Assembly: GCA_039803545.1 (NCBI GenBank)
Contig: JBDRYS010000003.1
Location: forward strand, 83,096 to 147,095
DNA: 64,000 nt
Direction: 5' to 3'
DNA from: a candidate division WOR-3 bacterium
GTDB lineage: Bacteria; Hydrothermota; Hydrothermia; UBA1063
In this document: positions 54,720-64,000 of the stretch, one piece after another
Layout: each line of letters begins with the position of its first letter
Numbering within the stretch: the first letter of the stretch is position 1
Made by a program: the position numbers and the translations under genes
The notes under the pieces: model-generated
The model's database searches: none
Seen by the model: only the letters and a program-made list of their open reading frames with translations
Told to the model about the DNA's origin: nothing

Positions 54720-56063
54720 TTAATAAGCGCCCTTTCCACTCAAAACAACTTTGATTGTCTTCACAAATATCACAAAGTCGAGCCACAAGGACCAGTTTAG
54801 GACATACCAGACATCCAGCCTAACCCGTTGCTCGTAATCCAATTCATTTCTCCCGGATATCTGCCAGAGTCCCGTTATACCTGGGCGAACTTCATAGTAG
54901 TAACGCGAGAACTCCTTATAATATTCCTCTAATTCTCTGCGGAGCACGGGACGTGGGCCCACAAAACTCATTTCCCCTTTTAGAACATTAAAAATTTGGG
55001 GTAATTCATCAAGGGAGGTTTTTCTTAAAAACTTTCCTACTTTTGTAACCCTGGGATCGTTTTTTAATTTGAAATATTTTTGCCACTCTTCCCTCGCCTT
55101 TTCATCCTTATCCAAAATTTCCTTCAGTCTTGAATCAGCATCTCTGTACATTGTTCTGAATTTTAGACACTTGAAAGGCTTTCCACCTTTACCAATTCTT
55201 TCCTGCGAATAGAAGATTGGCCCCTTCGAATCGAGAATTATTGCAACACCAATAAAAAATATAAGAGGAAGTAACAGGGGTAGAAGCACAATCGCAAGCA
55301 TAAGCTCAATAGCTCTTTTTAAGGCCATTCTTTTAGGATCAAGCAACTTGTTTTGCAATTCGAACATTGTAATGCCCTTCCCAATGGGAAACACTGGCTG
55401 GAACTCCGAAACTAAGTATCGCCCAGCATCATCGAAAATATATACGTATCGGTAGATCTGCTGCAATTCCCTTAATTTTTGCTCAAAATCGTTTATGGAG
55501 GTTGCAACGAATACGTATATTGCCGGCTCTCCTAATTCAAACCCTGCATACCTATCTGAAAGTACAGCCTTTTTAAATTTCTCGAAGCTCTTTTCATCCC
55601 CAACAAACTGACATTTTTCCCTGATTTTTAAGTGGTAGAGCATTAAATTCACCAAGTATCTGAATAAAGGGAAAAAGAAAATAAGGAACAGGGGGACAAA
55701 AGCAAGGACTCCTCTTGAAAATCTTGTAATACCATGAGTAAGGCTAAGGATGGTAAAAAGCAAAAAGAAGTATATCACTAAGGATTTTAGAAAAGCCTTA
55801 TATTCGTCCCAGAAATATCTACGCTCGGTATAAAGCCCGTCAAAGGCCAATACAAGGATGAACAGGAACGGCAAACCCCAGAAAAAGGTATAAAGTTTAA
55901 GATTCTGTCTGAAAGTAGTTAGAAAATTTTCAAGAACCATCCCCAGAAAGGCACGGGTAAGAAAAGAAAGATAAACAGATAGGTAAAAGCTTAAGAGATC
56001 CGCTGAAATAAGGGCTAAAAACCTTATCGCGTCTTTTAAAACCCTTTTACCGAGCATATTCAC
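54720..56063 (-). CDS. Polyprenyl-phosphate hexose-1-phosphate transferase (WbaP / EPS sugar transferase family)
   Basis: N-terminal TM bundle, then the bacterial sugar transferase domain: PIFYSQERIGKGGKPFKCLKFRTM, SLDELPQIFNVLKGEMSFVGPRP, RPGITGLWQISGRN. Confidence 0.9.
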   Translation of the reverse strand: MNMLGKRVLKDAIRFLALISADLLSFYLSVYLSFLTRAFLGMVLENFLTTFRQNLKLYTFFWGLPFLFILVLAFDGLYTERRYFWDEYKAFLKSLVIYFFLLFTILSLTHGITRFSRGVLAFVPLFLIFFFPLFRYLVNLMLYHLKIREKCQFVGDEKSFEKFKKAVLSDRYAGFELGEPAIYVFVATSINDFEQKLRELQQIYRYVYIFDDAGRYLVSEFQPVFPIGKGITMFELQNKLLDPKRMALKRAIELMLAIVLLPLLLPLIFFIGVAIILDSKGPIFYSQERIGKGGKPFKCLKFRTMYRDADSRLKEILDKDEKAREEWQKYFKLKNDPRVTKVGKFLRKTSLDELPQIFNVLKGEMSFVGPRPVLRRELEEYYKEFSRYYYEVRPGITGLWQISGRNELDYEQRVRLDVWYVLNWSLWLDFVIFVKTIKVVLSGKGAY

Positions 56064-56084
56064 ACTGGTATGCCCCGAGGCAAA

Positions 56085-57737
56085 TTACTTCAACATAGGC
56101 ATTTTGAGGCCGTGCTTCTTTGCCGTTTCTATTGCAATCTTATATCCAGCATCAGCGTGTCTAACCACACCAATACCGACATCATTGGTAAGGACTCGCT
56201 CGAGTTTCTTCTGGGTTAACTCGGTACCATCAGCAACAATAACCATTCCTGCATGTAAAGAATACCCTATTCCCACACCGCCTCCATGATGGAAAGACAC
56301 CCAGGTGGCTCCAGAAGATGCATTTAAAAGGGCGTTAAGGATAGGCCAATCCGCTATTGCATCGGATCCGTCCAGCATAGCTTCAGTCTCTCTATAGGGT
56401 GAGGCTACGGAACCTGTATCGTGATGATCCCTTCCAATAACTATTGGTGCCTCAAGCTCGCCCTTTCTCACCATTTCGTTAATTGCAAGTCCAAATTCCA
56501 TCCTCTCACCCTGTCCCAACCAGCATATCCTTGCAGGTAATCCCTGGAAATGTACCTTTTCCCTTGCCATCTTAATCCACTTTCTTAGATGTTCATCATG
56601 GGGAAAGAGCTCTAAAACCTTTTCATCGGTTTTATAGATATCTTCTGGATTCCCTGAAAGGGCAACCCACCGGAAGGGACCTTTACCCTCAGAGAAGAGA
56701 TCCCTTATGAAAGCAGGAACGTAGCCCTGGATATTGAAGGCATCCTTTACTCCATTGTCATAGGCGAGTCTTCTGAGGTTATTACCGTACTCAAAGGTTA
56801 TGGCACCTTGTTTCTGCATCTCTAACATCGCTTCGACGTGAATGGCTGCTGATTCACCCACTCTCTTCAAGTAATCCTGTGGATCCTTTTTCCTCAATTC
56901 TGCAGCCTCTTCCACAGTAAGTCCTTTGGGAATGTACCCATTTAATGGATCGTGAGCGGCAACTTGGTCCGTTAAAAGGTCGGGAATAAATCCTCTCTTT
57001 ACTAACTCGGGGTGAACCTCTGCTGCGTTCCCAAGGAGTCCTATGGAAAGAGGCTTACCTTCTCTTTTCGCTTCTTCAATCATAAAAAGAGCCTTGTCGA
57101 GGTTATCAGTCCAGGTGTCAAGATACCCCATCTTCAGCCTTCTTTCAATCGCCCATGGATTGACCTCAACAGCGAGCATGATCCCATCGTTCATTGTCGC
57201 AGCAAGTGGTTGAGCGCCCCCCATTTCACCGAGCCCTGCGGTAAGGATTACCTTCCCTTTAAGGGAACCGCCAAAATGTTTCTTGGCTGCTGCGTAAAAG
57301 GTCTCGTAAGTGCCCTGGAGAATCCCCTGAGTTCCTATGTAAATCCAACTTCCCGCCGTCATTTGGCCGTACATTATAAGGCCACGTTCTTCCAGTTCTC
57401 TAAAGTATTCCCAGGTAGCCCACTTGGGGACGAGATTTGAATTGGCAATCAAGACCCTTGGAGCCCACTCGTGGGTTTTAAAAACTGCCACAGGCTTTCC
57501 TGATTGAACGAGCAAAGTTTCGTCATTTTCCAGGTTTTTAAGGGTCTCAACTATGGCATCAAAGCACTCCCAGTTTCTTGCTGCCTTTCCTGTACCTCCG
57601 TACACAATTAAATTAGCGGGATCCTTCGCAACCTCCGGGTCAAGATTGTTCATCAACATTCTCATTGCCGCTTCTGTGAGCCAGCTTTTACAGGTTAACT
57701 TGTTTCCCCTCGGAGCCCTAATGACCCTTGTGGACAT
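56085..57737 (-). CDS. hutU: Urocanate hydratase
   Basis: 550 aa. [50 protein letters not shown]-type [32 protein letters not shown]. Confidence 0.93.
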   Translation of the reverse strand: MSTRVIRAPRGNKLTCKSWLTEAAMRMLMNNLDPEVAKDPANLIVYGGTGKAARNWECFDAIVETLKNLENDETLLVQSGKPVAVFKTHEWAPRVLIANSNLVPKWATWEYFRELEERGLIMYGQMTAGSWIYIGTQGILQGTYETFYAAAKKHFGGSLKGKVILTAGLGEMGGAQPLAATMNDGIMLAVEVNPWAIERRLKMGYLDTWTDNLDKALFMIEEAKREGKPLSIGLLGNAAEVHPELVKRGFIPDLLTDQVAAHDPLNGYIPKGLTVEEAAELRKKDPQDYLKRVGESAAIHVEAMLEMQKQGAITFEYGNNLRRLAYDNGVKDAFNIQGYVPAFIRDLFSEGKGPFRWVALSGNPEDIYKTDEKVLELFPHDEHLRKWIKMAREKVHFQGLPARICWLGQGERMEFGLAINEMVRKGELEAPIVIGRDHHDTGSVASPYRETEAMLDGSDAIADWPILNALLNASSGATWVSFHHGGGVGIGYSLHAGMVIVADGTELTQKKLERVLTNDVGIGVVRHADAGYKIAIETAKKHGLKMPMLK

Positions 57738-57756
57738 GTTATCACCCCCAAAAAAT

Positions 57757-58719
57757 TTAATTTGCTATTTTGACATTAAAACCAATTTTTAATGGATTCT
57801 CCTCAATAAGCTCGGTTCCCTGGGAATAGCTGATAAAGGCCTTGCTTAAATTAATTCCAAAATAAAATGGGCTCATTTTATAACCGAGTGCTACATCTAT
57901 TCCAGGTACATAGATGTCCTTCACAAAGCTCTTCTCCAAAACTCCACCTACGCGCAAGAAGGTCATATCGCGGAAAGTATGGGATATTCCAACAGAACCT
58001 AACCAATAATCTGTGAGAGTGGTATCAAGCTTTGAAAATCGCTTATACAAAAATTCAAAATCAATCCTGGCACCTGACTTTACAGCAGGACTGTAATATC
58101 CCGAAAGGGCAACTTGATTTGGCATAGAGTAGTAATTTTCCTCGGGAAATTTTACTTTGGTTGAAAACTGGGTTAAAATTCCAAAGGATTTTGTAGAATA
58201 TCCAAAGGCCGCTACAGGCCTTACAGACCTTTGAACTGACGAGGGCATATCTTTCTTCAGGAGGCCAAGTCCCGTAGCCATTTGAAAACCTGAGAAATTA
58301 AGGGAAACAACAAGACCACCCTCAGAAATACCACCCTTTCTCTCAATTCTTAATGTATCCTCAACCAAGTAACTTGAGTTGTATTGGATTTTTTCATAAA
58401 TGTAGTTCAAATCGACAACTTCTCTGAAATAAAGGTAGGTTTTAAATATCCAGAAGCCCAATCCCAAAAGCACATCTGGCTTTACAAGATAATAATTTCT
58501 TCTCTCGTAGGTGATTTGCCGTCCTACTGTGTTGTTGTAAGAGTCGTAAAGGTACTGATACCTGTATTCGTTAACAAGGGCACTGTTGAAAGTGAAAGAA
58601 ACGTAATATTTCCCAAAGGACTCAAGGAGAGGCAAGCCTCTGCGCTCCAGTTGGTCGCCATACTGAACTCCTGTATATAGATTAGTTAATGATGCAACCA
58701 TCAAAATCAACAACTTCAT
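57757..58719 (-). CDS. Hypothetical outer-membrane beta-barrel-like protein
   Basis: Hydrophobic N-terminus, Y/F/G-rich alternating strands, 320 aa. It overlaps the lspA stop by 4 nt. I recognise no family. Confidence 0.4.
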   Translation of the reverse strand: MKLLILMVASLTNLYTGVQYGDQLERRGLPLLESFGKYYVSFTFNSALVNEYRYQYLYDSYNNTVGRQITYERRNYYLVKPDVLLGLGFWIFKTYLYFREVVDLNYIYEKIQYNSSYLVEDTLRIERKGGISEGGLVVSLNFSGFQMATGLGLLKKDMPSSVQRSVRPVAAFGYSTKSFGILTQFSTKVKFPEENYYSMPNQVALSGYYSPAVKSGARIDFEFLYKRFSKLDTTLTDYWLGSVGISHTFRDMTFLRVGGVLEKSFVKDIYVPGIDVALGYKMSPFYFGINLSKAFISYSQGTELIEENPLKIGFNVKIAN

Positions 58720-59189
58720 TTTTGACTCCTTTTGGCAAAATATTCCTTAAGTACCATTATAAAGTAAATTGCAAGTCCTATCGAGATGCAGGAGTCGGCA
58801 ACATTAAACACAGGCCACCTTAGAGTGGGTGAAAGGCCGATATCGATAAAGTCTATAACCTCTCTAAAATGTACTCTGTCTGCAATATTGCCAGCGACTC
58901 CCGCCAGAATAACTGCAAAAAGGTTTGCATTTAAAATATTTTTAGATTTAATAGAATCAAGAATCAAAGCAATGAGAAAAACAATGGCAACAACGCCAAG
59001 GATTATGTAAGGAAAATTTCGTCCAAGGGAGATACTCCATAGGGAATGTGGATTACGTACATGGGTGATTTTAACAAACTCTCCAATCAATCTTATTTCC
59101 GAGCCAAGGGGTAGAAACTTTACTACAAGATATTTGGTAATCCTGTCTAAGGAAAAGAGCAAGGCAAAGATGAGAAGTACCTTTTTCAT
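58716..59189 (-). CDS. lspA: Lipoprotein signal peptidase (signal peptidase II)
   Basis: Four TM segments. DRITKYLV, GNIADR and the catalytic-Asp motif FNVADSCISIG; 157 aa. Confidence 0.9.
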   Translation of the reverse strand: MKKVLLIFALLFSLDRITKYLVVKFLPLGSEIRLIGEFVKITHVRNPHSLWSISLGRNFPYIILGVVAIVFLIALILDSIKSKNILNANLFAVILAGVAGNIADRVHFREVIDFIDIGLSPTLRWPVFNVADSCISIGLAIYFIMVLKEYFAKRSQK

Positions 59190-59833
59190 TAAACCAATCT
59201 CAACCAGTTATGGAGCAAGAAGTATATTCTACCAATTAAAAGGGAAATACGTGCCATAATCGTGTAACCAAAGGATGCCCCGAAGGTGATCATTAAGATG
59301 GTTATGCCAACCTTAGAGGACACACCAAGAACCCCTTTGTGTTCCCTGGAGAAATAAAAGTAAAGTATGGTGAATAACGTTCCGAAGACAATAATCAGAT
59401 TATTGAAAGTATAAAGAATCGTCTCACCTACCGTTGAGCCCTTTACAAACAGAGGAAGCATCGACGCTTGAACCTGGGGTACAAGAAATCCTTGAGTTAG
59501 CCCTGTAATACCAAGCCCAGCCGCCATACCAACGGTAAAAGAAATTGACCAAACGGATAGCCAGGAAAGGGGCTTAACGAATCTCAAAAGTATAAAGAGG
59601 GAAAGTATAAGAGGAATAACCAATAAATATCTCTGAACCCCTACCTTCTCAGTGAAACCCATAACCAGCTTAGGATAGGCATCAAAAACCCAGACGTAAA
59701 GCACCATAAAAGCAGCTGAGCTACCCACATATACGTGTTCTGCAAACTTATAAAAGGGATTATCCTTGTACAAAAAGGACAAGATAGCAAGGGTAAAAAA
59801 GGCAGCAACCCAAGTCCAAATTATGTTGCTCAT
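59189..59833 (-). CDS. Uncharacterised polytopic membrane protein (component D of a four-gene operon)
   Basis: 214 aa with about 6 TM segments. A 4-nt overlap links it to the upstream gene and a 1-nt overlap links it to lspA. I recognise no family. Confidence 0.6.
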   Translation of the reverse strand: MSNIIWTWVAAFFTLAILSFLYKDNPFYKFAEHVYVGSSAAFMVLYVWVFDAYPKLVMGFTEKVGVQRYLLVIPLILSLFILLRFVKPLSWLSVWSISFTVGMAAGLGITGLTQGFLVPQVQASMLPLFVKGSTVGETILYTFNNLIIVFGTLFTILYFYFSREHKGVLGVSSKVGITILMITFGASFGYTIMARISLLIGRIYFLLHNWLRLV

Positions 59834-60654
59834 TTCTTCGCCCTCCTTAAAACAAGAAAACCAATGTTACCTATTATTATAAAAGCAATAATTACCAAGT
59901 GAATCACTGACTGCGCAAGCATGCCAATGGATGCCTGACCAGGAATTCCAACAAGGGTCTCATAGTCTGCTGCCCCCCTCAATCCGCCAATAACCGACAC
60001 CACTTGGTTTGCCTGCATATAGGGATAATAGTCCGGAGTCATAACTGCAGTGGTTCCAAGAATGATCGGGAGATTGTATCGTGCATAACCGTACTGAATC
60101 CATGCATCACCCACAGCACCGGCTTCAAGGCCGAACAGAAGCTTAATGTCTTTATAATTTTTCACACTTCTCATAATTGGAAGAGAGTCTATCGGCGTAT
60201 ATTTGTAATCACTGGAAAACACACTCTTTATGTCTTTGCCCATATTTATTATAACTGCTGCCACTCCAGGACGGTACCCCAGGAAAACGTAATCAATACC
60301 ATAAATCTTGTTGTATTTTTTAGCGATATCCTCTAAGGCCTGCTGTCCAAGGGGGAGACCCAACGCCCAGTGCCCTAACATTATAACCTTCAAATTTTTA
60401 CGGAAGGCATGATGTAGGAAGGTTTCCAGCATAGGCTGAAGCTCAGGCATACTTGCGGCATCGTAGTCTATGGAAACCATTACGATTGAACTTTCAGGCA
60501 AACTTTCTATATATTCGTAAGCCTTCTTTACCTCTGGGAGAGGTTCTATCTTCATCGTCTTCTTAGTCAATATGGGAATCGCCGTCGCTAAGAAGACTGT
60601 GAGGTAAATTATCCTCCTGTCGATCCCCGCAAGCTTCTTAAAAAATTCCGTCAT
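59830..60654 (-). CDS. Uncharacterised bitopic protein, TM - about 200-aa soluble domain - TM (component C)
   Basis: It has an N-terminal TM (IIYLTVFLATAIPIL) and a C-terminal TM (VIHLVIIAFIIIGNIGFLVL, followed by RRAKK). The soluble domain is colinear with the C-terminal domain of component A, and both share the GTTAV pentapeptide. Confidence 0.6.
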   Translation of the reverse strand: MTEFFKKLAGIDRRIIYLTVFLATAIPILTKKTMKIEPLPEVKKAYEYIESLPESSIVMVSIDYDAASMPELQPMLETFLHHAFRKNLKVIMLGHWALGLPLGQQALEDIAKKYNKIYGIDYVFLGYRPGVAAVIINMGKDIKSVFSSDYKYTPIDSLPIMRSVKNYKDIKLLFGLEAGAVGDAWIQYGYARYNLPIILGTTAVMTPDYYPYMQANQVVSVIGGLRGAADYETLVGIPGQASIGMLAQSVIHLVIIAFIIIGNIGFLVLRRAKK

Positions 60655-60665
60655 ATTCTCTCCTC

Positions 60666-61460
60666 CTATTTCATATACGTACGTTCAATACCAAGAATAA
60701 TTCTTATGGACATAGCTATTCCACCGAGGGCTATTCCGATCATTATACCTCTCTTCCCGGCCATCTGAGGCACGTTCATTACCCAGTCAGCAAAAGAAGG
60801 TATGTGTTGTTTCAGGTAAACCCACCCAATAGGATATATAAGAGCAATAAAAGCAACAGCAACCAGTATATAAAGAAGTTTGGTTCCCGTTTCAGTAATC
60901 CCTACCGATTCAGCATAGAAATACCATGCAAATATGAGAAATATTACGGTAATTACGTAGGGAGCGGCGCCTTGACCGAGGGGAATTCTCCCTAACATTA
61001 CAATTACTGCGGAAACAAGGAGCAGGGCTGAGTTGAACTCCTTTGCCCTGAAGGCACGGTAAGCGGCACTGGCGATGAAGAATGAAAGGATTGCAAACAT
61101 AGTGGACTGTAAAGGCATAAAAATGGAGTTGTAAAAGTACTTTGAAAAAGTAGAGGTTGGTGAGAAAGGATTATGTTCTGGGGTCCTTACGATCTCAGTT
61201 ACGCCCCAAATCAGTGTAAGGAAAAAACTCAGAATCAAAATTAAGGAGTATGGGGCGTCTTTTTCTTTCCGCCTGATCTTCTTAAAATTGTATTCCAAAA
61301 GACTATCAATACCAAGAAGCATCGTAAAACCGGAAACGATGATGTACCAATCGTTGAAGATCTCCTCAAGGTTTCCGAAGGGCTTATGGGGAATAAATAG
61401 GGCTAAAACAAGCAAGAATCCCGAAATAAACGTTATCGCGAGTGGAATCTCTTTTTTCAT
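60666..61460 (-). CDS. Uncharacterised polytopic membrane protein (component B)
   Basis: 264 aa with about 7-8 TM segments. Motifs: AAYRAFRAK and GIALGGIAMSIRIILG. It starts 9 nt after component A. Confidence 0.6.
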   Translation of the reverse strand: MKKEIPLAITFISGFLLVLALFIPHKPFGNLEEIFNDWYIIVSGFTMLLGIDSLLEYNFKKIRRKEKDAPYSLILILSFFLTLIWGVTEIVRTPEHNPFSPTSTFSKYFYNSIFMPLQSTMFAILSFFIASAAYRAFRAKEFNSALLLVSAVIVMLGRIPLGQGAAPYVITVIFLIFAWYFYAESVGITETGTKLLYILVAVAFIALIYPIGWVYLKQHIPSFADWVMNVPQMAGKRGIMIGIALGGIAMSIRIILGIERTYMK

Positions 61461-61469
61461 CTCACCCTC

Positions 61470-62570
61470 CTAAAAAATGTTAAAGAAGTTAATAAGCATA
61501 TGATTACCTATACCAAAAGTTTCCATAAGTGAACCAATGAGAATAATTATCACAAGTACCATTTTAATGTAGTCTTCACCCTTTATGGTACCGAGTGAAA
61601 GGGCATCCCTCGAAAGGTAGGCACTGGCCGCATACATTTCCTCTCCAATTAAAGTGTAATCAGTGGAAGCGATAAAGAAAGGTAGCTGCGTGACCGCTGT
61701 GGTTCCAGATATCTGGATAGCACCAATGGAATGTCCGGTTTCTGCCAGGATCAGAGATTCGGCGTAAAAGTAACCTTGGAGAAATACTGCACCAGGCCTC
61801 TGCCTCATCATAATACCATCAACTCCAGCCGCATAGCCAAACTGGTCTGAAGTAAGGAAGTAAATATTGGATTCTTTATACAAATCGGGCCTGCCAGCCT
61901 CAATATAACCCTCTTTTACCGTTTCTTGGGCTGCAACCATTACAATTGGATCATAGCACGGTACAATTACATCTGCCTCATACTCCGCAGCCTTATAGGC
62001 AACCCTCTTCAAAATAGCAAGAGAGGCTACAGTTGGAATGTCACTGATATAACCCAACCCCATTATATAAAGTATTGGTCTTCCCATTTCCGTGGAGCGC
62101 CCAACGGCCTCGTCGATAGCCTCAAGACCCGCAATCTTCCTGATAAAGAGATTCTTATCTACTCTTGCCCTCATAATGAAATAGAGGAGGAAGGCAGTAT
62201 AAATCAAAATGATAATCAATACCGATAACCTTTTGGAGTTGAACCACTGCTGAGTACTTATTGCGGGTTCAGTGGTTCTACCTTCAGCCACCAAGGTATC
62301 TCCATGGTAAATCAGAACTCTGTAATAGTAGGGTTTTTTATCCATAACACCTATATCTTGAAACTGGGTTTCCGGCTTAAACAGAGTTTCAATCAATGTA
62401 TCAGGTGCATTGAGATCCTGAGTCCTGTAGATTTCTATTCGGCTAACCACCCAAGAACTATCAAGTTCCCAGGTTATTGTAATGCTTCCCCCTGCATCGT
62501 TTGGTGTATCGTAGGCTTTCATATTAACGGGGGAAGCTTGCCACAAAAATAAGAGGATAGCGAGCTTCAT
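61470..62570 (-). CDS. Uncharacterised membrane protein: signal peptide, Fn3/Ig-like domain, TM, about 200-aa soluble domain, TM (component A)
   Basis: MKLAILLFLW.., then YDTPNDAGGSITITWELD..YYYRVLIY (Fn3-like), a TM (LSVLIIILIYTAFLLYFIM), a soluble domain paralogous to component C, and a C-terminal TM. Confidence 0.6.
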   Translation of the reverse strand: MKLAILLFLWQASPVNMKAYDTPNDAGGSITITWELDSSWVVSRIEIYRTQDLNAPDTLIETLFKPETQFQDIGVMDKKPYYYRVLIYHGDTLVAEGRTTEPAISTQQWFNSKRLSVLIIILIYTAFLLYFIMRARVDKNLFIRKIAGLEAIDEAVGRSTEMGRPILYIMGLGYISDIPTVASLAILKRVAYKAAEYEADVIVPCYDPIVMVAAQETVKEGYIEAGRPDLYKESNIYFLTSDQFGYAAGVDGIMMRQRPGAVFLQGYFYAESLILAETGHSIGAIQISGTTAVTQLPFFIASTDYTLIGEEMYAASAYLSRDALSLGTIKGEDYIKMVLVIIILIGSLMETFGIGNHMLINFFNIF

Positions 62571-62579
62571 AAATACCTC

Positions 62580-63833
62580 CTATGTACCCTCCTGCCAAGA
62601 ATTTAAATATGCCCTTTGCTCTTCACTAAGCTTATCTATTGAAACGCCAAGGGTTTTCAATTTATACTCTGCCACTTTTCTATCCAGTTCCGGAGGAAGT
62701 GTGTAAACTTTAGCTTCCAAATTATCCTTATTTTCAAGTAGATACAAAACTGCAAGAAGTTGATTAGAAAAAGACAGATCCATCACATCTGCAGGGTGTC
62801 CCTCTGCAGCTGCTAAGTTCACCAATCTGCCCTGAGCCAAGAGGTATAAAACCTTGCCATTTTTAAGTGTAATCTTTTCAAGGTTTTCTCGAATTTTCTC
62901 AATTTTTATGGCGTTTTCGTAAAGGTATTTTACATCTACTTCAACATCAAAATGGCCCGCATTGGCTAATATGCATCCCTCTTTGATAACCTCAAAGTGT
63001 TTAGAAGTTACCACATCCTTGCAACCTGTTGCAGTTACAACAATATCCGCAACTTTAACAGCCTCTTCCATTGGCATGACAAGAAAACCGTCCTCAAAAG
63101 CCTCAAGGGCCTTGATGGGGTCAACTTCTGTCACGATCACCCTCGCACCCATACCCCTTGCCCTCATAGCGATGCCTCTGCCACACCAACCGTAACCTGC
63201 CACAACCATCGTGGTACTGGAAAGTAAGATGTTGGTCGCCCTTAATATACCATCTATAGTAGATTGCCCCGTGCCGTATCGGTTATCAAAGAGATGCTTT
63301 GTCTGGGACTCATTCACAGCAAAGACAGGAAATCGCAAAACCCCAGCCTTTTCCATAGCCTTAATGCGGATTACGCCTGTAGTGGTTTCTTCCGTTCCCC
63401 CTACAACACTATCCCATAGTCCTTTCTCATGTACTAACTTTGTTAAATCCGCACCGTCATCCATTATTATCCTGGGGGATTTCGACGCTATTATCTCTAA
63501 ATTTTCGTAATAACTTTCCTTACTTTCTCCATGAATCGCAAAGACACCAATCCCAAAATCCCTAACTAAGGATGCGGCTACATCATCCTGTGTAGAAAGG
63601 GGGTTCGAGGGCGCAAGATAGACCTCAGCCCCCAGTTCCTTTAAAGCAATAACAAGATTTGCCGTTTCTGAAGTTACATGTAAACAAGCTGAAATTTTAA
63701 CACCTTGAAGAGGTTTAGTGCCCTTATGCTCCTTTGCTAATTGTCTCAAAACAGGCATGCGTGTGGAGGCCCATTCGATTTTTTTGAATCCAGAATCGGC
63801 TAATCCGATGTCTCTGATCCTAAAATCAGCCAT
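62580..63833 (-). CDS. ahcY: Adenosylhomocysteinase
   Basis: [40 protein letters not shown], the NAD site [12 protein letters not shown], and GHFDVE; 417 aa (short archaeal/thermophile-type length). Confidence 0.95.
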   Translation of the reverse strand: MADFRIRDIGLADSGFKKIEWASTRMPVLRQLAKEHKGTKPLQGVKISACLHVTSETANLVIALKELGAEVYLAPSNPLSTQDDVAASLVRDFGIGVFAIHGESKESYYENLEIIASKSPRIIMDDGADLTKLVHEKGLWDSVVGGTEETTTGVIRIKAMEKAGVLRFPVFAVNESQTKHLFDNRYGTGQSTIDGILRATNILLSSTTMVVAGYGWCGRGIAMRARGMGARVIVTEVDPIKALEAFEDGFLVMPMEEAVKVADIVVTATGCKDVVTSKHFEVIKEGCILANAGHFDVEVDVKYLYENAIKIEKIRENLEKITLKNGKVLYLLAQGRLVNLAAAEGHPADVMDLSFSNQLLAVLYLLENKDNLEAKVYTLPPELDRKVAEYKLKTLGVSIDKLSEEQRAYLNSWQEGT

Positions 63834-64000
63834 TAAGAGCCTCTAAAAGGTCTTTAACAGAGTCGGTTAACTCCCATGTGAAACCTTCTTCTTCCCTTCC
63901 AAAATGCCCATAAACCGCAGTTCTGTAATATATGGGTCTCAGAAGGTCGAGTCTATCTATAATTCCGCGAGGCGTAAGGTCAAAGACCTTTTTTATGGCT
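63834..64000 (-). CDS. metK: S-adenosylmethionine synthetase, C-terminal 55 codons; the rest lies outside the window
   Basis: The reverse translation reads ..[54 protein letters not shown], the conserved MetK C-terminus. Its stop abuts the ahcY start. Confidence 0.9.

Noticed and set aside
1-64000. Defence systems (restriction-modification, toxin-antitoxin, CBASS, retron, Cas), mobile elements and rRNA genes.
   Set aside because: No ORF showed nuclease, methylase, reverse transcriptase, transposase or integrase motifs on reading the translations. The P-loop/NTase-like protein at 17985 sits inside a co-translated glycosyltransferase run, so I interpret it as glycan-related rather than as a defence gene.

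Overview
64-kb chromosomal window from a diderm, probably uncultivated bacterium. Evidence for a diderm: Lol-type ABC genes, LspA, LepB, lipoproteins and beta-barrel-like OMPs. A T9SS-type C-terminal sorting domain on a giant subtilase hints at an FCB-like lineage, but that is inference only. I saw about 60 genes and no rRNA, CRISPR array, transposase, integrase or phage genes. Contents: (1) Polysaccharide locus 1 (1-25320) has GT4/GT2 glycosyltransferases, two intact MOP flippases, glf, a Wzy-like polymerase, two predicted kinases, an OMP-like terminal gene and a WecA/MraY-type initiating transferase. A 1512-aa S8 protease operon is inserted in it, and 9822-12118 is a decayed recombination scar. 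(2) 25465-30681 holds an ABC-2 exporter, a beta-propeller lipoprotein and two radical SAM genes, one of them disrupted. (3) 30815-37521 looks like one operon: lysS, lolE/lolD-like genes, a FemAB-like gene, a GT4 and a flippase. (4) A consensus promoter is followed by a small repeat lipoprotein, tRNA-Ala(GGC) and tRNA-Leu(TAG). (5) A long minus-strand operon runs lepB, trmB, OMP, tsaC-LMWPTP fusion, buk, ptb, ackA. (6) An Lpp-like coiled-coil lipoprotein pair sits next to a 560-nt unexplained purine-rich non-coding region. (7) A 16-gene co-directional minus-strand run goes metK, ahcY, four uncharacterised membrane genes, lspA, OMP, hutU, then polysaccharide locus 3 (WbaP-type transferase, Wzz, GT2, Wzy, two GT4). 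The best candidate for an undescribed system is the tightly coupled four-gene membrane operon at 59189-62570, which shows internal paralogy. All family assignments rest on motifs read by eye from the translations. No database search was run.
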